Counted from the first letter of the stretch, positions 10,521 through 20,816 are shown. The stretch is DNA of 64,000 nt from Arcobacteraceae bacterium (GCA_048268245.1 JBLWVX010000007.1:32319-96318), one strand, 5' to 3'. Notes: generated from the letters alone by a model not told the origin. Translations and numbers: made by a program.

Positions 10521-12514
10521 TACATCTCATCACACATTTTTTTATATAAACTATCAACTGAACCCTTTACTTCTTTACATCTTGTAATATACTCTTGTTT
10601 TTTTGCTTTATTATTTTGTAAATCATATATATTTATTAAATCATAATAAATCTTTACCTCATCATTTGGTTTTATACGTCTTGTATTCTCTAAACCTTCA
10701 ATTAAATAATCCTTTGACTTATCTATATTATTTTTATCTTCTTCAAGTTTAGATAAGGCCATTTCAACAAATGGAGAATAAATATATGCTTTTATTTCTT
10801 TTTGTTTATCATAAAGTTTATTTAAAATATCAATTGCTTCATCTTTTTTAATATGCTTTAACAAATAAAAATAGTAATCATAATAAAAATCCACTATCAA
10901 AGGATTTGTTTCATTTTTCTTAATGTAATCTTTATTTCTAGTAGCATATGAGAAAAATTTATCTAAAGCTAAACTGTCATTTTGAAGTTTTATTATTTTA
11001 TATCTAGTTAAAAATTCTTGTGCTAATACACCCTTATTATTTACCATTTCTACTTTTGCAGAATAATCTAAAGCTTCATCATAAAGATTTAATGCTAGTG
11101 CCATTTTTTCTAAATATAAGTATATATTTGCATCTCTACTTGTATTAAAAGTACTTTTAATTTGATTATAAGCCCTTTCATAAGGCACATCAATTAAACA
11201 TTCAAAGAACTTATATTTTACACTATCATCTTCAATTAGTCTCTCTAAAGTAGAGTTACTTGATGTTTTCAATGCATCATTTAAAGCAAAACATTTATTT
11301 TCATTTAAAAGCATTTTTATTCTATCTATATTAACTTCATCAAATATTGCATTCATTGATTCATATCCAAATCTTTTTGCAATTGTATTTGAAATAGTTT
11401 TGTAAATCTTCTTTTTTCTTAAGATGTCATCAAATCTTTTTGCTTCTTTTTCATTTATTAGCTCTTGTAATAGAGCTTTTTGCTGCATTGATTCTGAATT
11501 TTCATATTTTTGAGAAACTACAGTTGTTTTTAATATATTTTGTCTCATCAGTATTTCATCAATGTACATTTTTGATTTTTCTAAATAAGCACCTTGAGAG
11601 TAGTCATTAATAATATCAGTGTATAAAGCTTTTGCTTTCTCTAAATAGTAATTTGTTCTATCATACATTAGCATGTAAGTATTTGCCAATTTAAACTTAA
11701 AATCTTCAATTGACTCTTCTTTTGTTGTTCTATTTAATAACTCTTTTAAAATATTAGCTGCATGCTCTGGCATACCAGCTTTTATCAATTTATTTATTTT
11801 TCTATTTGCTAAATATGAATCATTTGCATAAAAGTCAATATTGTTTTTAAGAACTTGTGATATTAATTCATTTGCTTTTTCATAATCTTCAGTAAAAATA
11901 TATAAGTCAAATAACTCATTTGCTACAATAGTAGCTACTTCTTTATCTTTAGTTTTAGCTAAAATTTCATATAAAATTCTAATAGCCATTTTAGGCTCTT
12001 GCTGATATTTATAAACCTTAGCTAAAGCTATTTTACCTCTTGTTTTTACAATTTTATCATTAAAGTTATTTACTATAATTTCAGCAAAATATTTTGCATC
12101 TTTTGATCTATTTGATTCAAGTTTTAAATCAACTAAAAGTTCATAAGCTTTTGGTAAATCATATTCATTTATTTGAGCAGAATTAATAGCTTGCTCTAAA
12201 ACTTTTGCAGCCTCAACAATAAATCTTTTTGACTCTTTTTTTAAAGATAACTCACTATAGATAATAATAATATCAGAATTTAAAACCTTTAATCTATTTT
12301 TGTCTTTAAAACTTTTAATTTGAGCATATGCTTCATCAATTTTTCCATCTTTTGCTAATTGTCTTGCATTTTGAATTAAATCAAAGCCATCACTTATTTC
12401 TTGCTTTCTTTGCTCTGATATTTGCGTACCCGAAGAGTTAATAAAACTATAGTAAAAATCCTTTTTTGCATATAGAAAATTTATGAAAAGAAAAAATATA
12501 ATTAAAAATCTCAT
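10520..12514 (-). CDS. Secreted TPR-repeat protein, PflA-like (putative motor scaffold)
   Basis: Signal peptide MRFLIIFFLFINFLYA; all-helical TPR-like repeats; translationally coupled between flhB and fliI. The PflA resemblance is from recollection. Confidence 0.6.
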   Translation of the reverse strand: MRFLIIFFLFINFLYAKKDFYYSFINSSGTQISEQRKQEISDGFDLIQNARQLAKDGKIDEAYAQIKSFKDKNRLKVLNSDIIIIYSELSLKKESKRFIVEAAKVLEQAINSAQINEYDLPKAYELLVDLKLESNRSKDAKYFAEIIVNNFNDKIVKTRGKIALAKVYKYQQEPKMAIRILYEILAKTKDKEVATIVANELFDLYIFTEDYEKANELISQVLKNNIDFYANDSYLANRKINKLIKAGMPEHAANILKELLNRTTKEESIEDFKFKLANTYMLMYDRTNYYLEKAKALYTDIINDYSQGAYLEKSKMYIDEILMRQNILKTTVVSQKYENSESMQQKALLQELINEKEAKRFDDILRKKKIYKTISNTIAKRFGYESMNAIFDEVNIDRIKMLLNENKCFALNDALKTSSNSTLERLIEDDSVKYKFFECLIDVPYERAYNQIKSTFNTSRDANIYLYLEKMALALNLYDEALDYSAKVEMVNNKGVLAQEFLTRYKIIKLQNDSLALDKFFSYATRNKDYIKKNETNPLIVDFYYDYYFYLLKHIKKDEAIDILNKLYDKQKEIKAYIYSPFVEMALSKLEEDKNNIDKSKDYLIEGLENTRRIKPNDEVKIYYDLINIYDLQNNKAKKQEYITRCKEVKGSVDSLYKKMCDEM

Positions 12515-12517
12515 AAT

Positions 12518-13570
12518 TTACCTTTTATTCTTTTTTAGTTCATATATATATGAGAAAATTTCTGCCAATGTTTTATAAAACTCACTTGGAACTTGTTGTT
12601 CAACTTCTATTTGATCAAATAAAGCCCTTGCTAAAGCTGGATTTTCAATAATTGGAATATCATTTTCTTTTGCAATATCTTTTATTTTTATAGCTAAAAA
12701 ATCTATACCTTTAGCTATCATTTTAGGTGCAGAATCTACACTGTTATCATATTTCATAGCAACTGCATAATGGGTAGGATTTGTAATTACAACATCCGCA
12801 TCAGGAACATCTGACATCATTCTTTTTTGTGCCATTTGCATTTGTATTCTTCTAATACGACCTTTTACTTGTGGATCTCCATCCATATTTTTAAATTCAT
12901 CTTTTATCTCTTGTTTACTCATTCTAAGAGACTTCATATAATAATGTCTTGTAAAATAAAAATCAATTATAGCAAAAATAATTATAATAAGTAATATCGC
13001 AGCTAAGAAATAAGCTGTTAATTCTATCATTGTATTAATAGTACCTATAGTTTCTTGATCCATCATAGAAAGCATCATTTCACCTGTAAAAAGAAAAAGC
13101 ATAACCATTACAGCCATAATAATTATAAGTTTTAATGTCAATTTGAAAGCTTCGACTAATTTTTTTAAACCAAATACATTTTTCATTCCCTTAATTGGGT
13201 CTAGTTTTTGCAGATCTAACTTTATTGGTGTTACGATCATTCCAAACTGCACCCAATTAAAAATTAGAGCTAATACAAAAACTAATATAAAAATAGGTGC
13301 TAAAGCTTTAAAAGTTGCCATTGTTACAGAATAAGTCAAAGAATAAAATATTGTATTATCCATTTCTTGACCAATCAAATTATAACAATACATCATAAGC
13401 TTTTTGATTTCAAACATTGCAGATGATGAAAAAAACAGTAAGTATAAAGAGCCAAAAAACAGTATTGCAGCCCCTGTTACTTCCATGGATTTAGCAACAT
13501 TACCTTCTTTCTTGGCATCCTCTATTTTTTTGGGTGTGGGTTCTTCGGTTTTTTCGTCTTCATCAGCCAT
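12518..13570 (-). CDS. flhB: Flagellar export switch protein FlhB
   Basis: EKTEEPTPKK N-terminus; DGDPQVKGRIR; NPTH autocleavage motif. Confidence 0.97.
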   Translation of the reverse strand: MADEDEKTEEPTPKKIEDAKKEGNVAKSMEVTGAAILFFGSLYLLFFSSSAMFEIKKLMMYCYNLIGQEMDNTIFYSLTYSVTMATFKALAPIFILVFVLALIFNWVQFGMIVTPIKLDLQKLDPIKGMKNVFGLKKLVEAFKLTLKLIIIMAVMVMLFLFTGEMMLSMMDQETIGTINTMIELTAYFLAAILLIIIIFAIIDFYFTRHYYMKSLRMSKQEIKDEFKNMDGDPQVKGRIRRIQMQMAQKRMMSDVPDADVVITNPTHYAVAMKYDNSVDSAPKMIAKGIDFLAIKIKDIAKENDIPIIENPALARALFDQIEVEQQVPSEFYKTLAEIFSYIYELKKNKR

Positions 13571-13583
13571 TATACAATCCTAC

Positions 13584-14333
13584 TTATTGAAACTTAGATA
13601 AAAAATATTCTGTAAAAGTTTCTGTAAATACTTCCATCCCAAACATTAAAAATAGAAAAATCAAACCAAACTTCATCTGAAATGTAATAACAAAAGGTGA
13701 AAATGCTGGCATTGATTTTGTTCCATAACCATAATATAAATCTATAATAAAACCAATAAAAAATAAAGGTAAGGCAAATGCGAAAGCAAATGCGAACATT
13801 CTTTTTATCTCATCAATTGCTAGTTGAATTCCATCGTATGAAAATATATCAAAAGATCCTAAATGAACCATTGAAAAACTTTTAACTAACATTACAATTG
13901 TTAATTCATACATTCCTGTTTGAAAAAATAGTGCAATAATTATCCAATATAAAAGCCTAGATACTAAACCTTCTTGAGAACCAGTTGAAGGGTCAAACAT
14001 CATAGCCATAGATAAAGCAGTAGAGTAACCTACAAAATCACCAATAATCCTTACTGCTGCAAACATTATATGAAAAAAAAGTGAAGCTATCGCACCTAAG
14101 GTAATCTCTGAAATCAACCCTATAATAAAAGTTTCTTGCGTAATTGCTGTAGTTACATCAACAACAGGAAATAAAAATACTGTTATATAAAATGCGAAGG
14201 CTATTCTTATTCTTACACTTACTGCTGCATCACCAAATATTGGCATAAATGCAACAAATGCTAAGATTCTAGCAAGTAAGAGTAGAAATTCATAGATTAC
14301 ATTTTCATTTAATAAAGATAGAAAGGCTTCCAT
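13584..14333 (-). CDS. fliR: Flagellar export protein FliR
   Basis: Hydrophobic 249 aa; LLARILAF..FMPIFG, MMFDPSTG and MPAF..F motifs; upstream of flhB. Confidence 0.93.
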   Translation of the reverse strand: MEAFLSLLNENVIYEFLLLLARILAFVAFMPIFGDAAVSVRIRIAFAFYITVFLFPVVDVTTAITQETFIIGLISEITLGAIASLFFHIMFAAVRIIGDFVGYSTALSMAMMFDPSTGSQEGLVSRLLYWIIIALFFQTGMYELTIVMLVKSFSMVHLGSFDIFSYDGIQLAIDEIKRMFAFAFAFALPLFFIGFIIDLYYGYGTKSMPAFSPFVITFQMKFGLIFLFLMFGMEVFTETFTEYFLSKFQ

Positions 14334-14339
14334 TAAATA

Positions 14340-16874
14340 CTACATATAATCTAAATTTTTATCATCAGTTTTATTATTCTCTCTTGCTTCTAATATACTT
14401 CTAGTATCTGAGCTATTATTTTGTGAACCTTTATTTTGTTTAGTATTCTCTTGATTATTTGAAGAGTTATCGTTATTTTCATTTGAATTAAAATCTAAAT
14501 TGAAATTAGACTCTTCATTAAATGTTTTACTTAATGCATTCTTTAAACCATTTTGACTATCAATAAAGGCTTCAAGTGTAGAATTATTTGAAATATTCAT
14601 ACTAATATTAATGCCATTATCTTTATCACTTTTCATAATAATTGCAATTGAACCAAGGTTTGCTGGGTTTAAATTAATTCTAAAAGCAGTCACAGGAGGC
14701 TTATAATTTTCATACATTTGTCTAGCAACATCTGACATCATTGTAGACATTTGCTGCTTAGCACCAATAATTCTTGCTTGTATACTTTGAGCTAAAGAAG
14801 GATTAACATTTACAGTAACCTCTTCTATTTTTTCTGTAGAAGTTGAAACTGTGTTTATTAAAGTTTCAGTTGCCTTTACTGTATTTGTAATTTCTATGTT
14901 TTTATTTATTATATTTCTAATTTCATCTTGTTTAACACTATTACTCATAGCAAGTCTATCTAAAAGGCTTCTTCTATCTGTATAAGCTTTATCTTCAACT
15001 TTTATTTCTTGATTATTACTTACTTTCACCTCAACTTTTTTAGCATTTAAATCAAGCTTTTTCGCCGCTTCTTTTACATCTTCCGTACTTTTTGCATTTT
15101 TAACTTGATTTATAGCATCTGCTTTATTTGCAAGTGAGCTTTTATTGGCATTACTTCTTTGTGTGCTTAAATAAATATTTGTTAAAAAATCTTTTGAATC
15201 ATTACTATTTTTAACAGAAGAACTAGCATCATTTTTTTGTACTTCAACATTTGTTTTAACATCATTTAATGTTTTTTTCTCATCTATTTTTTTACTATCA
15301 TCAACTAATTTATCAAGCAAAGATTTACTATCTTCTTTTTTATCATCATTTTTAATAATATTAGGTGATTCAAGCTCTTTTTTTGAAATATTTACTGTTT
15401 GTTCACTATTTTTAGAATCAATTGAAGCTAATTCTTTTGCAACTTTTTCACTCTTAATATCATATGATTGACTTGAAACCAATGATTCTTTATTTAAATT
15501 ATTGTTATTCTCAACTTTTGTGTTACTTAAAACTTCACTTGATACTTTTGTTTCTTTTACTTCTTTCTTCTCAGTTAAGTTAACATTATTTATATTTTTA
15601 GTTTTTTCAAAATCTGAAACTTCTTTAGAATTTGAACTATTAACATCTTTTTTATCAATAGTTTCAGTTTTAAGCTCTGTTGTTTTTAATATATCTTGAT
15701 TTTTTTCTGTTTTAACTGAACTATTTGAAGACACAATGATGTCAAGATTAGTACTCTTATCATCAATTGTTGTACTATTTAATACTTGTATATTTTTTGA
15801 TTCTTCAGAAACTTCATTTTGTATTTGATTCTCATTTTTACTTATTTGAGTTAAATTAGCTTCTTGTGTATTCTCAAAAGCTTTAGAATTAACACTAATA
15901 TTTTCTTTATTAGATTTCTTTTCACTTATTGAAACTTCTTCTTTTTTATCATTATCAGTGATTATTTTATTCTGAGAGTTTTTATCTGACGCTTCAACTG
16001 TCTTATTATTTAAAGTCGAATTATCTACTTTTAAAGTATCTTTTTTTTCTTCTACTATTTTATCTTTTACACCTGATTTTTCTAAATCTTTATTTTCAAC
16101 ATCAGTTTTAACTTTTGTATCAGGCAAAGACTCTGCTTTTATATCTTTTGTTTTTTTATCACTAGAGTTTTCTACATCATTTGAATTATTAGGTAAACTA
16201 TTAGCAGTATTATTTTTTTCATTCTCTAAATTATCTTTAGCATCTTTTTTAGAAATATTGTGAAGGAGATCTTTTTTTTCTTCAATTTTATTATCAATAT
16301 TTTTACTACTTGTTTTATTCTCTTCAGAAGACTCATCTAAGGTATCTTTATTAGATGTTGAAACTTTTTCAACATCTTTAATATTTTCTTTTTCTGTTTT
16401 AATTTCTTTTTTAGATTCACTTTTCGCTTCAACTATTAATCTATCAAGTAATGAACTTTGTTTAGAAGAAGATGTATTAGTACTATTTTTTGAAGTCTTT
16501 AAAGTTGAACTATCTTCAGTATTAACTTTTGCTAAATCTGTATTTTTTGTATTAGACTGTTTTAAATCACTATCTTTTAATGAAGTTTTATCTTCTTGAT
16601 TTATATTTTTATCAGTAGTCTTAACTTCTTTTTTTACTTCTTCATTTATAGTTGATTTATTAACATTACTTTCATTTTCACTATTTCTTTCTTTAGTGGG
16701 AATTTCTGTTTTATTTTCATTTAAAACAGGTTTTTTTTCTTCTTTCATTCCACTTAACATAGAATCAAAAAAAGAAGCTCCTTCTTTTTTTTCTCCCTTA
16801 TTAGAAGTTTTATTACTAGATGAAGCTTCATTTACAGTAGTCTGTTTTGTTAAAAAATCAACTTGTTTACTCAT
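14340..16874 (-). CDS. fliK: Flagellar hook-length control protein FliK (long, low-complexity)
   Basis: Long K/E/S/N-rich disordered region; C-terminal T3S4 domain FRINLNPANLGSIAI. Confidence 0.8.
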   Translation of the reverse strand: MSKQVDFLTKQTTVNEASSSNKTSNKGEKKEGASFFDSMLSGMKEEKKPVLNENKTEIPTKERNSENESNVNKSTINEEVKKEVKTTDKNINQEDKTSLKDSDLKQSNTKNTDLAKVNTEDSSTLKTSKNSTNTSSSKQSSLLDRLIVEAKSESKKEIKTEKENIKDVEKVSTSNKDTLDESSEENKTSSKNIDNKIEEKKDLLHNISKKDAKDNLENEKNNTANSLPNNSNDVENSSDKKTKDIKAESLPDTKVKTDVENKDLEKSGVKDKIVEEKKDTLKVDNSTLNNKTVEASDKNSQNKIITDNDKKEEVSISEKKSNKENISVNSKAFENTQEANLTQISKNENQIQNEVSEESKNIQVLNSTTIDDKSTNLDIIVSSNSSVKTEKNQDILKTTELKTETIDKKDVNSSNSKEVSDFEKTKNINNVNLTEKKEVKETKVSSEVLSNTKVENNNNLNKESLVSSQSYDIKSEKVAKELASIDSKNSEQTVNISKKELESPNIIKNDDKKEDSKSLLDKLVDDSKKIDEKKTLNDVKTNVEVQKNDASSSVKNSNDSKDFLTNIYLSTQRSNANKSSLANKADAINQVKNAKSTEDVKEAAKKLDLNAKKVEVKVSNNQEIKVEDKAYTDRRSLLDRLAMSNSVKQDEIRNIINKNIEITNTVKATETLINTVSTSTEKIEEVTVNVNPSLAQSIQARIIGAKQQMSTMMSDVARQMYENYKPPVTAFRINLNPANLGSIAIIMKSDKDNGINISMNISNNSTLEAFIDSQNGLKNALSKTFNEESNFNLDFNSNENNDNSSNNQENTKQNKGSQNNSSDTRSILEARENNKTDDKNLDYM

Positions 16875-16877
16875 AAT

Positions 16878-17354
16878 CTATGCTTTCAATATATCTAATG
16901 TTTTTGTATCGATATTCTTATGCGTGTTAAATGCTGCAACATTCGACTCATAAGACCTCATTGCTTCAATTAAGTTAACCATTTCAATTACTGGATTAAT
17001 ATCAGGATAAGCTACATATCCTTCTTCATTTGCATCTGGATGTTGGGGTTCAAATCTCATTACAGGCTTAGCATCAGATTCAACAATAGATTTAACACCT
17101 ACTCCTCTTAAAGCTACATCAGTTTGTTCTTTTGCACTCATATTATTCAAAGATGAAGCACTATTTTCTTTAGTATTAGTTTTACCTAATAATATATCCT
17201 CAAAAACTACTTCTTGCTTTTTGTAAGGACCACCTTGTTCTGTGTGTGTTGTCTTTGCGTTTGCTATATTTGCACTTGTAACATTTATTCTTGTTCTTTC
17301 CGCACTCATACCAGAAGTTGCTATATTATATCCATCAAAAAAACCCATTATCAA
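16878..17354 (-). CDS. flgC: Flagellar rod protein FlgC
   Basis: SGMSAERTRINVTSANIANA; HPDANEEGYVAYPDINPVIEM. Start may be the ATG at 17348. Confidence 0.97.
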   Translation of the reverse strand: MIMGFFDGYNIATSGMSAERTRINVTSANIANAKTTHTEQGGPYKKQEVVFEDILLGKTNTKENSASSLNNMSAKEQTDVALRGVGVKSIVESDAKPVMRFEPQHPDANEEGYVAYPDINPVIEMVNLIEAMRSYESNVAAFNTHKNIDTKTLDILKA

Positions 17355-17361
17355 CTCCTAT

Positions 17362-17658
17362 TTATATTTGCATTCTCATAACTTCTTTGTATGCATTTAA
17401 AGCTTTGTTTTTAACTTCTAGTCCAAGTTTCATAGAAAGTTCAGCTTCCTCTATTTGTTGAACTGCATGTTGAAGATTTGTTACTTTTCCACTAGCTATT
17501 TCTTCCATGGCTTTATAACCTTGAAGTTGTTCTTTATTCACTTCAGATACAGCATCATTTAGCATATTTGAAAATGTAGAATCTTTTTTGTTATCTATAT
17601 TTACATTATCTTTAAGTGTCAGTGGATTTATTGAGTCTGCTATTGAAGATATATTCAT
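17362..17658 (-). CDS. fliE: Hook-basal body protein FliE
   Basis: AELSMKLGLEVKNKALNAYKEVMRMQI C-terminus. Confidence 0.95.
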   Translation of the reverse strand: MNISSIADSINPLTLKDNVNIDNKKDSTFSNMLNDAVSEVNKEQLQGYKAMEEIASGKVTNLQHAVQQIEEAELSMKLGLEVKNKALNAYKEVMRMQI

Positions 17659-17668
17659 CTATTATCCT

Positions 17669-18007
17669 TTAGCTTGCATTTTGTTTTCCAGCTTTTTCTT
17701 CAGCTTTTACTATATCTTGAACATTTAGTTCATTTAACATAGCATCTATTTTTTCCTCATTATAGTTAAAATCTAGTTCAGCTTTTCTATCATCTAAACT
17801 AAATAAGGAGATTATTAATGAAAGCATCATATTACTGATACCTTTTAAAATTACTGTTATACCTATTATACCTAAAATCATTTCATAAGGCGTAAACAGT
17901 TCTGCATTTACTACAAAAAATATCACTGTTGCAAAGAATCCAGTGGCTATGTATAATCTAAAAATTCCACTGTTTATAACATTTTGAGAAAATCTTTCTA
18001 CTACCAT
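17669..18007 (-). CDS. Hypothetical two-TM membrane protein in the flagellar cluster
   Basis: Two hydrophobic helices and a charged helical tail; 10 nt upstream of fliE. Confidence 0.75.
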   Translation of the reverse strand: MVVERFSQNVINSGIFRLYIATGFFATVIFFVVNAELFTPYEMILGIIGITVILKGISNMMLSLIISLFSLDDRKAELDFNYNEEKIDAMLNELNVQDIVKAEEKAGKQNAS

Positions 18008-18075
18008 GTTACTCTTTTTTCTTTAACAATAAAAAAAGTACAATATTTTATATGCTCTTGCACTTCAACAAACCT

Positions 18076-18897
18076 TTAGTGAATATTTTTTAATAAATAA
18101 TCAATTATCACCTGCAGTTGTCTTGTAGAATCATCTTGGATAAACTCTTTAGTAAAGAGTTTTCTCAATCTTCCAGTTGTAGATATGTTAGCAGATGTTG
18201 AAACGTTACCTACATATTTTACCATAAAATCTTCACTTAGTCTATTTTTTTTTGCTAAATTTACAAGAGAATTTACGATAGTTTGGCCTATCTGGTAGCT
18301 CTTAGTATGGTTAAAACACAACATAAGCTTACTTTTATCATTGGATAGCATTTTTATAAGAGAATATACATCTGTCAAGGCACTTGGATCAGTAGTTGTA
18401 ATAGCTAATATATTGTCAGAAATTGATAAAAACTCTTTTACATAATCATTTAATCCCGCTCCTGTATCTACAAGAACTATATCAAATTTATTTAAGTCAA
18501 TTACATCTTGAACAATTCTTGAAAAAATAAAAGAGTTTGAATGATTTGAATACTGATATCCACTCTTTCCAGCTACTAAATATAAATCTTCGTAATCTGT
18601 TTTTAAAATAACTTCATCTAAACTTTTCATTCCATCTATATAATCAAAAAGTGTCACTTTTGGTTTTATATTTAGAAGTACTTGCATATTAGCCAAACCA
18701 ATATCTGCATCAATTACTGCTACTTTAAAACCTCTTTGTGATAATAAAAAAGCCATATTTGCTGTAAAAGTAGATTTTCCAACCCCACCTTTACCTGAAG
18801 TGATAGTGACAAGTTTTGTTTTAGATTTATAGTTACCTCTAACTTTATTAGTTAGATTTACAAGCTTACTAGCTTGTGATGAAATTGCATCAAACAA
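18076..18897 (-). CDS. flhG: MinD/ParA-type ATPase FlhG (FleN)
   Basis: SGKGGVGKS, DADIGLAN, DTGAG and DPSALTD motifs; directly after flhF. Confidence 0.93.
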   Translation of the reverse strand: MFDAISSQASKLVNLTNKVRGNYKSKTKLVTITSGKGGVGKSTFTANMAFLLSQRGFKVAVIDADIGLANMQVLLNIKPKVTLFDYIDGMKSLDEVILKTDYEDLYLVAGKSGYQYSNHSNSFIFSRIVQDVIDLNKFDIVLVDTGAGLNDYVKEFLSISDNILAITTTDPSALTDVYSLIKMLSNDKSKLMLCFNHTKSYQIGQTIVNSLVNLAKKNRLSEDFMVKYVGNVSTSANISTTGRLRKLFTKEFIQDDSTRQLQVIIDYLLKNIH

Positions 18898-18899
18898 GC

Positions 18900-20054
18900 C
18901 TATCTCCTAGCACATTCATTATTCATAAAACAATCAATTAAAAAAGAGCTATCTGATACAACTAAATCATCTGGAACATTCTGCCCAATTGAAAAATATG
19001 TTATTGATTTTTTTGTTTTATGAGCAAATGAAATTAGATTACCAAAACTTTTTGTCTCATCAAGTTTTGTAAATGTTAAATAATCAATATTTAATCTTGA
19101 ATAGTTTGCATATATTTCAAGTAAATCACTTTGTTTAACATTTGCAGGCATTACCAGTATTTTCTCTATAGGTAACTCTTCTACTTTCTTTTGGTAATCA
19201 TTAATCATCTCAATTTTATCAACATCATATTGACTAGATCCTGCTGTATCAATAAATATATAATTACAATCTTTTAATCTTAAAAGTGCCTCAGATAAAT
19301 CCTCTGGTTTTTTTACAATCTCCAAAGGAAGTCGCATAATATTTGTATAAGCTTGTAATTGCTCAATAGCACCAACTCTAAATGAATCTAAAGTAACAAT
19401 TCCTACTTTATAACTTTGTCCTAATTTATATGCATATCTAGCAGCCAATTTTGAAATAGTAGTAGTTTTACCAACACCTGTTGGCCCTACCATCATAATA
19501 ATCTTTCTTTGATGTTTTCTTAATGGCATTTCATATTTAATAGGAATAATTCTTCTAAGAATTAATTTGAAAAAATCATTAACTTTTTTAGGATTTGATT
19601 TTAGAGAAATAGGCAATTGTTTAATTGTCTTTTTCATAATAGTATAAGTCATTTCTTGATCAAACTCATTTTGTTCAAATAAATTATAAATATCTACAAA
19701 TTCATGGGGAATAGTTAAATCATATAACTGGCTTTTAGGATTCCATAAAGATTTTTGAACAAGTTCCAACTTTTCTTGCATTTTTGTAATTTCTTCTTTG
19801 AAATCATAAACTTGCGTTTGAATAGGAGTTGAATCTTGTTTATATTTTTTTGTAACAACTGACTTTTTATATGGCATATCATTTTTATTGTCTTCATCTT
19901 CTAAAGCAACAACCACTTCATACATGTTTTTACCTGCATCATGAGCATTGGCAATTTTTTTAGTTGATATTACAATAGCTTCTTCACCACACTCATCTTG
20001 CGCAGCCCTTAGTGCAGCAGTAGGTGTTTCTCCTAAGAAAGAGAGCATATTCAT
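18900..20054 (-). CDS. flhF: SRP-type GTPase FlhF
   Basis: GPTGVGKTTTISKLAA, DSFRVGAIEQL, DTAG, TKLDET and GQNVPDDL motifs. Confidence 0.96.
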   Translation of the reverse strand: MNMLSFLGETPTAALRAAQDECGEEAIVISTKKIANAHDAGKNMYEVVVALEDEDNKNDMPYKKSVVTKKYKQDSTPIQTQVYDFKEEITKMQEKLELVQKSLWNPKSQLYDLTIPHEFVDIYNLFEQNEFDQEMTYTIMKKTIKQLPISLKSNPKKVNDFFKLILRRIIPIKYEMPLRKHQRKIIMMVGPTGVGKTTTISKLAARYAYKLGQSYKVGIVTLDSFRVGAIEQLQAYTNIMRLPLEIVKKPEDLSEALLRLKDCNYIFIDTAGSSQYDVDKIEMINDYQKKVEELPIEKILVMPANVKQSDLLEIYANYSRLNIDYLTFTKLDETKSFGNLISFAHKTKKSITYFSIGQNVPDDLVVSDSSFLIDCFMNNECARR

Positions 20055-20443
20055 TTTAATCTTCCATCTTTATAGATTTTCTCGATTGTACCATCAGCCT
20101 TTTTTATTCTGATAAAATCATCATTTTCATAAATAATTTTACCTTTTTTCTCTATTTCTAATGCACCGAACTTAAATGTAACACTCTCTTTTTTATAAGT
20201 CTTTACATTTTTTTGACAAAGAATTGATCCATCATTTATATAATGTCTTGTTACATACTCATTTTGATTTATATCTTTCAAAGTTAAAGGTATACAAGAC
20301 TTTCTGATTTTATTAACATTAGCTAATCTTAATTTTGATTTAGATAGTTTTTCTTCATATGCAAATGATTCTTTTGCAATAAGAACAGTTATTGCATAAG
20401 AGTGAATTGATAAAAGAATAATCAATAAACTATGCTTTAACAT
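20051..20443 (-). CDS. flgA: Minimal FlgA-like P-ring chaperone (SAF domain plus C-terminal beta domain)
   Basis: ATG at 20443 gives signal peptide MLKHSLLIILLSIHSYA. VLIAKE...YINDGSIL...VTFKFGALEIEKKGK...IRIKK follows the FlgA SAF/C-terminal pattern. Confidence 0.55.
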   Translation of the reverse strand: MLKHSLLIILLSIHSYAITVLIAKESFAYEEKLSKSKLRLANVNKIRKSCIPLTLKDINQNEYVTRHYINDGSILCQKNVKTYKKESVTFKFGALEIEKKGKIIYENDDFIRIKKADGTIEKIYKDGRLK

Positions 20444-20807
20444 CGAAGATTTGTCCTCCATTTACAGCTGTAATTTCGTCAACTAAATCACTATACATTT
20501 GTTTAATAGGTAAAACAATTGAAGCTAGTTTTTTATTTAATTCATATAGTTCTTTTAATTCATTTTCCAAGGCATCAACTTCTTCTCTGTATATATTTAC
20601 GTCAATACCCTCTTTCATTTCAGAAATTAGTTCACGATTTAAATCTGATTTCAAAGAAACAATTTCATTAATTAAATAGTGTTTATGGTCATTTCTTTCA
20701 AGTAAACCTTCATTTTTACCTTCTTTTATATCCACAATATCTTGTTTAATTGAATCTTTTAATTCATTTACAAGCTTTGTCATATTATCCACTACATCTG
20801 TAACCAT
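20430..20807 (-). CDS. flgN: FlgN-like export chaperone
   Basis: 125-aa helical protein with LKELYELNKKLA; next to flgJ. Confidence 0.6.
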   Translation of the reverse strand: MVTDVVDNMTKLVNELKDSIKQDIVDIKEGKNEGLLERNDHKHYLINEIVSLKSDLNRELISEMKEGIDVNIYREEVDALENELKELYELNKKLASIVLPIKQMYSDLVDEITAVNGGQIFDVKA

Positions 20808-20816
20808 AATTTATCC

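Noticed and set aside
14340..16874. Low-complexity fliK region as a repeat array or mobile element
   Set aside because: No exact tandem DNA repeats, terminal inverted repeats or transposase were seen; it is explained by a disordered protein.
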